A stretch of DNA of 64,000 nucleotides from Octopus bimaculoides (GCF_001194135.2 NC_068987.1:27042997-27106996); one strand, 5' to 3'. Shown: positions 1-13,271, counted from the first letter of the stretch. Numbers and translations are program-made. Notes: generated from the sequence alone by a model not told the origin.

Positions 1-162
1 AATTAATATTGACATTCTCACTAACATTCTACGATTTTTTCAATAAAAGTCATGTGTGGTCATGTTTACTTCAAAGCTGTCTAACATATCTTAAAAAGAC
101 TCCACGTCTCAATTTTATGACCATTTCATATGGCTTTTTCAATAAAATATTACAGTTAACAG

Positions 163-322
163 ATGATTTATAGTTCACGTGTGCAAGGAATTGTAAATAA
201 TAGATTAAAGCGTTTAGTCGATGATTTTATTTCTTCGCTTTCAATTCCTGTTGATGTCCAGGGCAACTTTTGTCTTCTATTCAATATAACAGCAAGTACA
301 GCACTTGCAGAGCGGATGCAAG
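163..322 (+). CDS. Candidate coding exon 1 of an unidentified multi-exon gene (MIYSSRVQG...AERMQ)
   Basis: Acceptor ttaacAG at 161-162, donor AG|GTACAG at 323. 53 open codons plus 1 nt (phase 0 to 1). Phase-compatible with exon 9158. No recognisable family. Confidence 0.3.
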
Positions 323-902
323 GTACAGCAATAAAATACATATAAAACAAGGACATTGAAAATAAACGTGCTAATATGAGTAAACGCTTCCAAAATCAAT
401 TGAATGACTATTGATATTTTACGAATTCATTTTTGTTTTCTACTGTGGATATTCTTACACTTAAACAAACGTGGAAACAAAATAAAGTATAGATATAAAA
501 CATAGAGAAACGCACAAATTGCATATCCTAATATACATATCACATGTATATATACTTCCATATACCCACAAGTAGGTGCATATGGTTATACAAATGGGAG
601 AAGGGGGAAATAATAGTTCGCAAAGCAGAGTTTACATATTCATTTATAAGCTGAATGTACAGGATTTAAGTGCATAGAAGTTCCTTGAAAACATGTTCCA
701 GGAGATTTTTGACATGGATACCATATATATATATAATACAGAGAGATAGCGGGAGGAGTGCGAGAGAAAGAGAGTGAGAGCGAACAATGTAAATTTAAAA
801 AGATGAAACCGCTTGGGATAAACATACAAAATATACATGGATGTCTACATGTAAATGGAGAGAAAAGAAAGACAATATTTAGACGAGGATTATTCATGTT
901 GC

Positions 903-904
<2 letters not shown>

Positions 905-937
<33 letters not shown>

Positions 938-958
938 ATATATATATANNNNNNNNNN

Positions 959-1006
<48 letters not shown>

Positions 1007-1022
1007 GTGTGTGTATATATAG
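905..1022. repeat. (TA)n/(TG)n microsatellite with small gap
   Basis: Direct inspection. Confidence 0.95.
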
Positions 1023-1079
1023 ACATTTATATATTAATTGGGCAAACTTACACAGAGTGCAAAGCCATTTCAAATCATA

Positions 1080-1810
1080 ATGCAGGTAAATTTCAAGGTA
1101 AAGAGGGTGAAAAGGTAGGCAAGCAAAAGTAAGTGGAGGGAGAAACTAGGCAACTCGATGGGAATGTGAGGAGGGTTAAAGCAAAGAAGGGGAGAAAGTG
1201 ATAGGAGAATCCGATCAAAATAAGGGAGGGGCTGAGTGATCAGGGTATTGAGACAAGTAGAAGAAGAAATGGAGAGTTTGGAAGATAAGTGGGAGAGGTG
1301 GGATGGGTAATATTGTGAAGGTAGGTCGTTGTTGTTGGGTTTGACAACAGATGTTAGGGAAGGTGGGGCTATAGATATGAGAAAGGGAAATTGGAATATT
1401 GAGAGAAGGAAGGAGGCGAGTATTAAAGGGTGGCGAAGGAGGAATTTGATGAATGAAGGTGGGTTGGCAGTGAAGGGAGGAAACTGAAGTATATAGAAAC
1501 GTATGAGAGTAAATAGAGAGAGGTGGACAGAGAGGGAGAAAGGGAGGCATAGGCTGGTAGGAAAGTTAGGGGTATGTAGTGCTACGTTGTTCTGGTTGAG
1601 GAAACTAGTAGATGAGGAATGAATTCTAAGTATGTAGATGGAGTGTGAGTAAATGGAGATGTGCTGGGTAAGAGGAATATGAAAAAGTAATCGGAAGAAG
1701 AATTATAGAAAAGAAGAGGTGGTAATAATAGAAGGATTATGTTGGTAGTGCGACTATGTTGGAACTGAAGCTTATATAATAATAGATGTGACATAATGGG
1801 CAAACGAGAC
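1080..1810 (-). mobile_element. Purine-rich, strongly decayed segment, possibly a Penelope-like RT relic
   Basis: Strong strand asymmetry. Faint resemblance of the - strand translation to a PLE RT thumb region. No intact motif. Confidence 0.2.
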
Positions 1811-1859
1811 CAACAAATTGAGTAACAGGTGTAATAAAAGATAAGTTCTGAGGTCGATT

Positions 1860-1940
1860 AATTCGAGTAAATATTCTTCATGGCAGTGCCCCAGTATGGC
1901 TGCAGTCTAATGACTGAAACAAGTAACAGTTAAAAGAAAA
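1860..1940 (+). mobile_element. 3' tail fragment of CORE-like SINE family
   Basis: gcagtgccccagtatggctgcagtctaatgactgaaacaagtaa; the same tail recurs at about 3620-3750(-), 35065-35230(-), 62590-62660 and 63420-63510. Confidence 0.7.
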
Positions 1941-2056
1941 TATATGCATGTACATCGCCTCCATTTCCACCCCACTCTCCATTCTTCTACCACCATCCTA
2001 CCCATACTCCGCACCACATCCTACCACCTTATGTGGGCCACCATATATATTGGGAG

Positions 2057-2176
2057 AATTTACGAAAAAACAACAGACGAAGACAGGTGGTGTAAACAAC
2101 AAATGGATGTATTAGTTTAACGCTCGGGAATAGAGAAAGTCTTTGACGTTTCGAGCTAGGCTCTTCAACTGAAAGG
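2057..2176 (-). mobile_element. Penelope-like pseudo-LTR fragment with degenerate hammerhead-like core, copy 1
   Basis: - strand ttGAAGA-gagc(ccta)gctc-GAAA-cGTC; similar to 2741-2860. Confidence 0.5.
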
Positions 2177-2740
2177 AACACAGAAAGAAATTAGGAGAAA
2201 AACATGGAGGAAAAAAATATATAAATGCAGTGGTCAGCGATCTACATATACATACGCAGACACGTGTGACTCAGTCTATGTATGGGTATGAGTAGGATCA
2301 TCGGTATGTTTCACTAAAAACTGATTTGTTTAACCACTCCTTGTGAGCTGCGTACACATATCGACTTAGGAACAGACAAAGGATCGACGCAGCCATTGTA
2401 TATCAGCGGAACATTAATAACTAGATCAGGACTGCAGCCGGAACATCCGAGGGATCTAATGAGAATATCTATTTGGAACAGACGCAGGTCACGAGATATA
2501 ATAGAAAGATTGTCTTTAAAATATGTAATGCAGGATTAGTATAATACAGTATCTAAGTGAGATATTTAATCAATGCATGTACTTGATGACTGAACAGGTA
2601 GTTGGGGTATGTCAAATAAATAAATTGGAAGAAAATATATCACCTATATCACATAAAGAACATCTGGAATATTGATCACAAATAACTCCTCTTTCTCTCT
2701 CTAGGTTCATATATACATATACATATACATATATTAGTCA

Positions 2741-2860
2741 AATTTACAGAAAACAAAAGACGAAGACAGGTGTAGGAACAACGAGTAAGTGTATTAGTTT
2801 AACGTTCGTGAAGAATAGAAAGTCTTTTACGCTTCGAACCGATGATCTTCGACTGAAAGG
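2741..2860 (-). mobile_element. Penelope-like pseudo-LTR fragment, copy 2 (more decayed)
   Basis: Aligns by eye to 2057-2176 (agacgaagacaggtg...gtattagtttaacg...gaaagtcttt...actgaaagg). Confidence 0.5.
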
Positions 2861-3119
2861 TACGAGAAGGGAAAAAGGGGGGAGAGAGAATGAAACAAAA
2901 ACGTAGAGAGAAAAAATGTTTTTTCGGGATTATATTTATATATAAATGTATATATAAATATATGTATGTATGAATGCGAGGGTAGGGTAATGAATCACTA
3001 TGTTATCGGAACCCAAAAGCATCAACACCGGTTTTCAAGCATTGGTAAGGGAAAAGCACAAACATGCACACACAATTCTTTGAGATTCCCTCTACCAAAT
3101 CCACTCAAAAAGCTTTGCT

Positions 3120-3230
3120 TCATCCGAGGCTATAGTAAAAGAGACTTGTCCAGAGAGACATTCAGTGGAGCTGAACCCGGAACCATTTGGTTGGGAAGAT
3201 AGCGCCTTACCACAGAGCCACGCCTGTGTC
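3120..3230 (-). mobile_element. CORE-like tRNA SINE (OR1/OR2-type), partial
   Basis: Reverse complement of the family head ggcgtggctgtgtggtaag...ggttcagtcccactg, seen intact at 59700. Confidence 0.75.
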
Positions 3231-3751
3231 TATGTATGAATATATCTTTATGTAGGTATTTATATAAATACTCGTATGTAGGTGTGCGCAAATATATTGA
3301 TGCGTGTGTATGTGCGCGCGCGCGTGTGTGATTAATTTTCTTCTCTGACAAACTAAAGAGTCCGCCTGTTCACGAGCCTTATTACTTCAATTTTCACAGC
3401 AGACCAGTATTATTTTCTAGGAGGAACGGATTAAACGATCATATAGTCCCTTGTACATGAAAGGTACTTTATTTTATCGATCTCAAAGTATGAAAGACAA
3501 AGTTGACATCAGTGAGATTAAAATCAACGCATTAAGAGTCAGAAACTGAAAAGCATGTTGCCGGGTGCGCTAATGATCTGGCAATTTCTTCACTTCAATA
3601 ATAATAAAAATAATTTGCTTATTCTTTCATTATTTTACTTATTCCAGTCATGGGACTGGGCTCATGCTGGAACCCGCCTTAAAGGGTATTTAATAGAAGA
3701 AATCGACCCCAGGATCTATTCATTCTAAGCTTAGTACTTATGCTTGCCGAA

Positions 3752-3867
<116 letters not shown>

Positions 3868-3870
<3 letters not shown>

Positions 3871-4040
3871 TATAGAACGGTCTTCTTTCAGTTTCCGTCA
3901 ACCAAATCTACTCAGAAAGCTTTGGTCGAACCGAGGGTTATCTTGCAAGAAAATTGCGCAATGTGCCACGCAGTGGGACTGAACTCGGAACCATGTGGTT
4001 GAAAAGCAAACTTTTTACCACATAGCCACGCCTGCGCTTG
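3868..4040 (-). mobile_element. CORE-like tRNA SINE
   Basis: Reverse complement of the 59700-59856 copy. Confidence 0.85.
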
Positions 4041-4140
4041 TAGAAACAAGCTTCTTACCACACAGCCAGCCTCATTTCAACATTTTGGCACAAGGTCAAC
4101 AATTCTGTAGGGAAAGAGTTAAGTCTATTACATTAGCCCT

Positions 4141-4745
4141 ACTGTTCAAATGGAATGGTAATTATTTTATCGACCCCGAAAGGATAAAAGGTAAAGTCAA
4201 CCTCAGCAGAATCTAAGCTCAGACCGTAAAGATGGACGCAATGCTGCAATGCATTTTATCCGGCGTGTCAACGCTCGCTACCTTAATATTATTAGTAGTC
4301 CTTTCTGCTACAGGTACTAGGCCTGGTATTTTGTGTTGAAGACATTGTCGATTATATCGACTCCAGTGCTTGATTGACACTTATTTCATCGACTCCTCAA
4401 GTACGAAAGGCACAGTCCACCTCAGCGATATATAAATTCTGAACTTAATGACAATTGAAATACAACTATGTATTTTGTCCAGCGTGGTATCGATTTTGCC
4501 AGCTCTCTGCCTAAACAACAACGACGATGACAACGACGAAGGCAACAACAACAACAATAACAACAATAATAGTTTCAAATTTCGGCACACGACCAGTAAT
4601 TTGAGGAGATGAGGCTAGTCGATAATATCGAAACTAGTACTCAAATGGTAATTAATTTTTCGACTCGAAAGGATGAAAGGCATGTCAACCTCGGCGAAAT
4701 TGGAACTTAGAACGTGAAAAAAGGATGAAATGCCGCAAATCATTT
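4141..4745 (-). mobile_element. Cluster of three decayed Meta-domain-type SINE copies (about 4141-4283, 4312-4445, 4575-4745)
   Basis: Each carries the reverse complement of the core ctttgcctttcatcctttcggggtcgataaa. Confidence 0.75.
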
Positions 4746-4776
4746 AAACACCGAACTTAATGCTAAAACTAAGATA

Positions 4777-6170
4777 ATAGGGATAAACACGCTAGCCATA
4801 CTAGTCATAAATTACAGCTTTAACATAATAAACTGGAAGATCAGTGAATTCAGAAACGTAGATAGAAATATCAGAAAAAAATACTAGCAGCGTACCACCC
4901 CAAAGCAGACGCAGACAGAACATAACTACCCCACTCGGAACGAGGCCGTGGTATGATACAGATAGAAAACTACAATAAAATAACAACAGCTGGACCAACA
5001 AAATACTTGGAAACAACGGGTGGAAGATTATTGCACGTAGTAAGGTGACACGAGAAAAACGAAAACTCTTTTCTCTACACACAAGTGGGTGAAAGAATAC
5101 AAAACATAAACAAACTATACTGACAGTCTTAACTCAGATGACATCATAGCAGAAATGGTCAGAGAGACAAAGAAAAAACAACAACAACATAGAGACTGAA
5201 TTACAAAAGATACTGAAGAAGAAATGGAGAGGAAAATCACTCCAAGGATTTACAGAGAGGAAGTGAGCCTAAGTAAAAACCAACAATGACTCCAAAGCTC
5301 TGGGGTAAAAGCCGAAACGGAAAGATTGATTCTCACTGCACAAGACCAATGCCTGGCTACAAACAGTTATAAAGGCAAAATAAGGAAAACAGGCCTCAAA
5401 ACCAAATGCAGAATGGGTACCTAACACAATGAGACAGTTAACCACATCATCTCGCGCTGTCCAGTCATTGTTAAGTCTGAATATGTATACAGACACGACA
5501 AAGTAAGCAGACAATATGCCAATAGTACAACATCAAAACTGACAACAGGCGGTACAAGCATGTGTCTAGCAATGTACAAGACAAGGACCAGGTTACAATC
5601 ATCTGGGATATGCCGGTTCAAATCGACACAGAAATAAAAGCTAATCACCCAGACATAATAATCAAGGATTGGGGAAAAAAAACCTTGCTTACTGATAGAC
5701 ATTGCAGTCCTTCCTGATCACAACATTCTCAAAAAAGAATTGGATAAATTGTCCAAGTACAAAGACCTCAAAATTGGAGTATTCAAAATGGTGGGGGGAG
5801 GGCATGAAGTTAAAAGCACCACCGATAATATTTCGATCATTTGGCATGATAAAATATCATGTGAGATGTAAAATGTAAAAGCTCTACCTGGATCCTCGAC
5901 ACTACAAACTGTCCACAAAATAGCCCTGCTAGGAACAGCCCACATCCTACGGAAGACACTACCATTCCAATAATAAATCCTGAACAAAACAACTCGCAAA
6001 TTCAAGACGCACAATACATTGAAATAAACTCCCAACTGCAAGTCAGAAATACCAAAGCCTTATTACACACTCAACACACAATACAAGCACCACCAAAACG
6101 AAAGACAACACCACATCTCAAGAAAAAAAAAACAAACTAACACAATATAGTAACGGGAAGAGACTGTACA
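4777..6170 (+). mobile_element. 5'-truncated RLE-type non-LTR retrotransposon (R4/Dong-like), decayed
   Basis: Broken frames give INTLAILVINYSFNIINWK, HPKADAD, GLKAETE..ILTAQDQCLATNSYK, zinc-knuckle ETVNHIISRCP, IWDMPVQIDTEIKANHPDII (PD..D nuclease) and IALLGTAHILRKTL. Confidence 0.8.
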
Positions 6171-6289
6171 TTCCCAGCAGCAGAAACAAAACATACAATG
6201 CTGAACACACCCCAGCAACACGGAGGTGTAGCAGCTGACGCAGTAGAAATTTGCCTCACTCTACCAAATATTGAACAGTTATAATAATC

Positions 6290-6535
6290 ATTATTTACAT
6301 TTTCATCTTGTTTACTGTCAAAGACAATCAGCTAGCATTCCGGGACGTATTAACAACACACACTAAGTATGGATTCAGGACATCCGTATACCGCAAGCCG
6401 ACCTTCATTGGACGATACCCTAACTTCAATTCTCACCATCCATACATTGTAAAGATAGGGATTGCTCAGTGCCTAAAATATCGAGAAAAGAGTATAAGTA
6501 ACGATCGTTATGCCCACTACGAAGTAATGGTGTGA
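6290..6535 (+). mobile_element. Penelope-like element RT C-terminal (thumb) fragment
   Basis: NQLAFRDVL...FRTSVYRKPTFIGRYPNFNSHHPYIVKIGIAQCL matches the PLE pattern LPFLDV..VYRKPT.T..YL.F.S.HP. Confidence 0.8.
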
Positions 6536-6839
6536 AAATCTGAGTTATGATATTTTTTAGTCATCCTGTTAAATATTTTATTTAAATATGCTCTACATTG
6601 CTATATTGAGTTTCGTAATTTATCGCCTCCTGGTGATATTGGTAAATCAATAGAAACACACATACACACACTGATACACACGCATACACATACAAACACA
6701 TTCGCTTGCATACAATCATGTGGACACTCAAACGCACCTAGACCCTATAACATTCTCTTTCTTTTCTCTTTCTCTCTCTGTCCTGCACACAAACTTATAT
6801 ATACATACATAAATATATATATATGTAACTATATATACC

Positions 6840-6875
<36 letters not shown>

Positions 6876-7514
6876 NNNNNNNNNNNNNNNNNNNNNNNNN
6901 NNNNNNNNNNNNNNNNNNNNNNNNNNNNNNNNNNNNNNNNNNNNNNNNNNNNNNNNNNNNNNNNNNNNNNNNNNNNNNNNNNNNNNNNNNNNNNNNNNNN
7001 NNNNNNNNNNNNNNNNNNNNNNNNNNNNNNNNNNNNNNNNNNNNNNNNNNNNNNNNNNNNNNNNNNNNNNNNNNNNNNNNNNNNNNNNNNNNNNNNNNNN
7101 NNNNNNNNNNNNNNNNNNNNNNNNNNNNNNNNNNNNNNNNNNNNNNNNNNNNNNNNNNNNNNNNNNNNNNNNNNNNNNNNNNNNNNNNNNNNNNNNNNNN
7201 NNNNNNNNNNNNNNNNNNNNNNNNNNNNNNNNNNNNNNNNNNNNNNNNNNNNNNNNNNNNNNNNNNNNNNNNNNNNNNNNNNNNNNNNNNNNNNNNNNNN
7301 NNNNNNNNNNNNNNNNNNNNNNNNNNNNNNNNNNNNNNNNNNNNNNNNNNNNNNNNNNNNNNNNNNNNNNNNNNNNNNNNNNNNNNNNNNNNNNNNNNNN
7401 NNNNNNNNNNNNNNNNNNNATATAATATATGTATGATATATATGTATATGTGTGTGGGTGGGTGTGGGTACACTTCGCGTTCCTGTCTTAAATTTTAATA
7501 GAATTTAATATCTT

Positions 7515-7739
7515 AGGCGGCTAGCTGGCAGAAACGTTAGCATGCCAGGCTTAGCGGTATTTCGTCTCCCGCTACGTTCTGAGTTCAAATACCGCCAAGG
7601 TCGACTTTGCCTTTCATCCTTTCGGGGTCGATTGAATAAGCACCAGATACGCACTGGGGTCGATATAATCGACTTAATCCATTTATCTGTCCTTGTTTGT
7701 CCCCTCTGTGTGTAACCCCTTGTGGGCAGTAAAGAAATA
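7515..7739 (+). mobile_element. Full-length Meta-domain-type tRNA SINE with 14-bp TSD
   Basis: Head ggcggctagctggcagaaacgttagc, B-box-like gagttcaaatacc, core ctttcatcctttcggggtcga, tail aaagaaata. TSD AGAATTTAATATCT at 7500-7513 and 7740-7753. Confidence 0.92.
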
Positions 7740-9157
7740 AGAATTTAATATCTCACAATGTTTCTCATAAATTATACGTGTATTATTGTCAGTAACTTCG
7801 AATTTTCACCAATTTCTTGCCGTGTCAGATGTTAGGATTTGTCAAATAGAATCGGTCGTTAAATCTAATGATGATGGATAAAATTACACATAGCTAAGAT
7901 TCTTTCTTTCTTTGAGCGAATACTGGAGACGAGTCAAGCAGAATTTCATACCCAAATTCTTTGCAGATTTTAATCATAAAATTTGCTATTATTTCCACAA
8001 TTGTTGTTATTGTCACTATCATTGATACAGTTGTTGGCATCTACGCTATTGTTTTTTTTTTCTTTTGTGGTTGCTGTTTAGCTACAGTTCAAGTATATTT
8101 ACCGAGAAATTTCTGTATTATAATCAGATATATGATATATGTATATATGTATGTATGTATGTATGAGTATGTGTGAATATGAGTGTCAATTTATGTACGT
8201 ATTTGTGTGTGTGTGTGTGTGAGTGTATGTGCGAGCATGCATGTAAGCGTTTGAGTGTCTATACTATTTCATTATGCAATGTTAAATTACGTTTTACGGA
8301 AGCAAGATGCCAGTTTATGGAGATTCACCTGGTGTATCTAGCTTGGGCAATTTTTATGTTTCTTAATTATGTGTCAGTAGCTTCTGTTAATATTTTCATA
8401 ATTGGATTCTAAGCAAATTGTTTTCAACAATGACAATGAGATATTAATCAACACGTTCCTCTCTGATACAGAATTTCAATCAGTATCCTTGCTAAAAAAA
8501 AAACAGAACAACACCAATAAATCAGAGTTGTTGGCAGCTTTTATCTGTATCACTTCGTACTCATGTCATAATTACATGATATTATTGTATGTAACTAAAT
8601 ATAGATGTATTAGTTTCTAGAGATCTTCCGTATTATACATTATCATTATCACTTTATCTTCCATAAGTGACATCATACGCAATCTTCTCTACATTACTAT
8701 CAGATAAGTCCAGCTATAATCAGACCAATCTTAGGTTATAAATATATACAATGATTGCGAGAACCCACTCTGGAACATATTAAGCACCTTTTATGCATCA
8801 GTTTTCATGGAAATAAAAGAATACTATTCAATGAAGAAAATATATTAAAAGCACAATGATTATCAAAAGTCATTGTTGTATTATCTCTACACAACTTTTA
8901 TGAGCACTTATATAATCAATGCCATTTCCAAAAAGTGTATAATGAATTTCATAATCCAGTGTAGTATTATCTTATAAAATACTAGGGTAAAACTTCACGA
9001 GAATTTTAAAGCTATTCTTCGAAGGCATAGCAGCCATATACATATTCATGTCAGCAATAAAAAACACTAGTTTGTTGCCAGTTTGACGGTGGTGATCAAT
9101 TATGGTCTTAGCAATGCGCGCAAAAGGATAGAGCATGTTGAGTTTTGTCATTAACAG

Positions 9158-9220
9158 ATGACCATCTGTATATTATTAGCCAGGGTTCGATAGGGTTGGA
9201 TCTATCTATTTGCCCGTTAC
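9158..9220 (+). CDS. Candidate exon 2 (DHLYIISQGSIGLDLSICPL)
   Basis: ttttgtcattaacAG acceptor, GTAATT donor, 63 nt, phase 1 to 1. Confidence 0.3.
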
Positions 9221-9460
9221 GTAATTGCCATAGTCTTGAATTTAAAGCGCGGTAACTAATCACCGTAAGCCATTTTTTCTGGTATTTTATACATGTTATC
9301 CCACTTATGTTACCAAATGATAATAGTATGTAACATAGTTTATAATGTGTAACATAACTATGATACAAATCCATTTAAACCCTTATTAAGTAATTTGCAG
9401 CGACAGAAGTAAAATATTCCTGTCAGTGTACTCTATCGTCTTAATATTGAACCCATTCGA

Positions 9461-9680
9461 AGGCGGCGAGCTGGCAGAATCATTAGCACGCCGGGCGAAA
9501 TGCTTAGCGGTATTTCGTCTGTCTTTACATTCTGAGTTCAAATTCCACCGAGGTCGACTTTGTCTTTTGTCCTTTCAGGGTCGATAAATTAAGTATCAGT
9601 TGCGTACTGTAGTCCATCTAATCGACTGGCCCCCTCCCTAAAAATGTCGGGCCTTGCGCCTAGAGTAGAAAAGACGTATT
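9461..9680 (+). mobile_element. Meta-domain-type tRNA SINE
   Basis: Near-consensus head and core. Confidence 0.9.
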
Positions 9681-10396
9681 GAGCCCATTCGATAAAGTAG
9701 CAATAATATTTCGAAAAATCGAGATGGGCATTGTTAAAATACTTTTGAGATTTCATCATAGATCTGTTGTAGCATGGTCGAACAAGAAGGTTAGAAATTA
9801 ATTCCATTGTGTGAGTTACGATAGTAAAATAAAAAGAAACAAAAACATCTCAGTATATATAGCCATATGATATATCTATGGAAGGTCAATATGACATAGG
9901 TTGGAAAACTAAATAAATGGCTTCTATAATAAGACGTAATTAGTATTATAACAGTAAAGTGAGCACCAGTATGCATAATCTAATAATGCAAAATACTTTA
10001 CTTGATTAAACATCACATCCAGAAGGAAGAAAAATTTCTCTGAATGATTATTTCTCTCCAAGAAATCCATGGGAGACCGGCACTGCACGTGATTCATTGA
10101 AGATAGAATGTGATACGTAATTAGGTGTCTAGTCTATGGTAATCCGGTAACGATTGCAGAGAGTTTTCAGTCTTATTAAAGATCATCAGTGGAGAATAGT
10201 GTGACCACTATTATTACATCTTAGAAGACTTAGAGATATATGAAAGGTGTGTGAATAAATTGAGTGGCAAAATAACTTGAAAATATAAATGCGCAGAAAA
10301 GTAACAAAACCGCTTACAGTATTAAAATGAATTAATATTTACTAAGTGGTAAGTACCAAATATAATTCCATAAAAATATACAGTTTGTTTAGTAAC

Positions 10397-10416
10397 TGGT
10401 AAAGCAGACAACTTAA

Positions 10417-10512
<96 letters not shown>
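10397..10512. repeat. (TA)n(GA)n microsatellite
   Basis: Direct inspection. Confidence 0.95.
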
Positions 10513-10515
<3 letters not shown>

Positions 10516-10602
10516 AGAAGAATTAGAGAAATTTTCTACCAGTGGCTAGCATGCATAAAATAGTCAATAGAAGACTTATTTTTCATATAAAATTAGTTCA
10601 TT

Positions 10603-10781
10603 TTTATACACAAAGGACGTGACTCTAACAAGACATCCTACATGCTAAAAGCAGCAGTCAAAGCCCAAACCACAGTTTATTTTTCATCCCCTTCGAAATT
10701 ACTCTTAAACGTGGTTTGGGTTTTGACTGTTCCTTTTAGCATGTAAGGTGTCCTGTTAGGGTCACCTCTTTTGTGTATAAA
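10603..10781. repeat. Inverted repeat, 71-bp arms (10603-10673 / 10711-10781), MITE-like
   Basis: Hand alignment: 62/71 complementary, 37-nt spacer. Confidence 0.9.
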
Positions 10782-11163
10782 TGCACTCCAGTTTTATATA
10801 TATATATACTAAATCATAAGGTGTTCAAAAACCACTGCTGCACTACAATGCAAAAGATCTAGTGATACTCACCTTTAGTTATTTCAACTGTTCATGTACA
10901 TGGCTGTACGGCAGCTCTGATTTTAGAGGTCTAGAATAAAAAGGTTCAAACAAGAGTCAATCAGTTTTAATACGGATATTTAGAAATGCGTTGTCCAATG
11001 TCCTTTTAGTTTTTAACAAGGCAGAGTGTGTTATTTTCGGGGATTTGGTTGGTATTTTCAGCAGCTTAGATGACCATGCTTTAGCAACTTCAATGGATAC
11101 TGTGATTCATGTTAATTATGTTTGGCAATGAATTCTATTATGTTTTCCTAATTTACATTTCAG

Positions 11164-11258
11164 CTGTTGAAAATAGAACTTTAATTAGAATTCTCAATAT
11201 TTCCGAAGTACTTTACATTCCTGAAACCCTTGAGGAAGCAGCTGTTACATTTAATATC
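11164..11258 (+). CDS. Candidate exon 3 (VENRTLIRILNISEVLYIPETLEEAAVTFNI)
   Basis: Good acceptor ttttcctaatttacatttcAG, weak donor GTAAAA, 95 nt, phase 1 to 0. Confidence 0.3.
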
Positions 11259-12390
11259 GTAAAAACATCTGTCAACTGATAATATGAACCCTATGTCCAT
11301 TTCCTTTCAAACTTCGGGTGTAGTAATTAATGGTACATCAATCAAGAATCTCTTCCTAATGAAATACATGCGTTTCATTCATCGTTATACTATTGGTTTG
11401 TATCAAGAGGTTACGTACTAATATCGTTGAGACAACACTGTTTTAAAGCAGTTAAGAGTAAACACATCCTATTATTTAGATGCTGATTAAAATTGGATAA
11501 TTTCAAAGTGATATTTTCAAACACGTTTTTGTATAGTTTTAAATATTTAAATTTTGTTAAAGACCCTCTGCCATGGATTCCATTCAGTTGCTTTATTGAA
11601 CAGAATCAGATCTGAGACAACGCGCAGTTGGTTTTAGAATTTTTAATATGGAAAGCTATTATGTGACGAAAACCTCACATTAGACTTTTCAACAGAAAAT
11701 TTAATTGGGAATTTACGAAAATAAAACCATTTTCTGTGAATATATTCTTAATCACTACAGGCATAGACACGGAATTTTAGCTAGAATTTCCGCTCTGCAC
11801 TCATCGGGGTCTAGAATCGTCCCCACTATGTGGAATTTTCAGTTAGTGTGTTCTGTTATGGACTTGGCAAGACCAAATGTACGGAGATGGGATAAACAAC
11901 GTGGAAACAGAACGCATGTATGTACATAAGTATTTACGTGTTTATGTATATTTGTGCATGTATAAGTACGTGCGCATGTATGTATATACATAGGAATACA
12001 CACATACGTATAAATACATTTATGGGATAGATTCTTTAAACTCTCAGACAGTCTTTTAAGTTATCATTTATTAATTTTAGAGAAATCATATTATCGAGAT
12101 TCTTTCACTTATTCATTTCCACTTTGTTCCAGTTTCTGAACAATTGTTTTACCATCTCTTGAAATAAAGATAATTTCAATGAATCAAGAATCTATCTTCT
12201 GCAGTATTTATATAATGTTATTCGTCTTTGTTGTTCAAATACATGGTACAGACCAGTCTGATTTTTTTCTTCACTCAGATATATGTATATATGCATATAT
12301 ATGTGTGCACATGGAAACAAAGCACCCCACACACACACATAAACACACACGCGTAAAAACACATCTATACACATACCTACAGAATACACA

Positions 12391-12438
<48 letters not shown>

Positions 12439-13271
12439 NNNNNNNNNNNNNNNNNNNNNNNNNNNNNNNNNNNNNNNNNNNNNNNNNNNNNNNNNNNNNN
12501 NNNNNNNNNNNNNNNNNNNNNNNNNNNNNNNNNNNNNNNNNNNNNNNNNNNNNNNNNNNNNNNNNNNNNNNNNNNNNNNNNNNNNNNNNNNNNNNNNNNN
12601 NNNNNNNNNNNNNNNNNNNNNNNNNNNNNNNNNNNNNNNNNNNNNNNNNNNNNNNNNNNNNNNNNNNNNNNNNNNNNNNNNNNNNNNNNNNNNNNNNNNN
12701 NNNNNNNNNNNNNNNNNNNNNNNNNNNNNNNNNNNNNNNNNNNNNNNNNNNNNNNNNNNNNNNNNNNNNNNNNNNNNNNNNNNNNNNNNNNNNNNNNNNN
12801 NNNNNNNNNNNNNNNNNNNNNNNNNNNNNNNNNNNNNNNNNNNNNNNNNNNNNNNNNNNNNNNNNNNNNNNNNNNNNNNNNNNNNNNNNNNNNNNNNNNN
12901 NNNNNNNNNNNNNNNNNNNNNNNNNNNNNNNNNNNNNNNNNNNNNNNNNNNNNNNNNNNNNNNNNNNNNNNNNNNNNNNNNNNNNNNNNNNNNNNNNNNN
13001 NNNNNNNNNNNNNNNNNNNNNNNNNNNNNNNNNNNNNNNNNNNNNNNNNNNNNNNNNNNNNNNNNNNNNNNNNNNNNNNNNNNNNNNNNNNNNNNNNNNN
13101 NNNNNNNNNNNNNNNNNNNNNNNNNNNNNNNNNNNNNNNNNNNNNNNNNNNNNNNNNNNNNNNNNNNNNNNNNNNNNNNNNNNNNNNNNNNNNNNNNNNN
13201 NNNNNNNNNNNNNNNNNNNNNNNNNNNNNNNNNNNNNNNNNNNNNNNNNNNNNNNNNNNNNNNNNNNNNNN

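Noticed and set aside
9158-11258. Cadherin-repeat or cyclic-nucleotide-binding domain reading of the candidate exons
   Set aside because: Diagnostic motifs (DXNDN, LDRE, GE.....R.A) are absent; the similarity is impressionistic.
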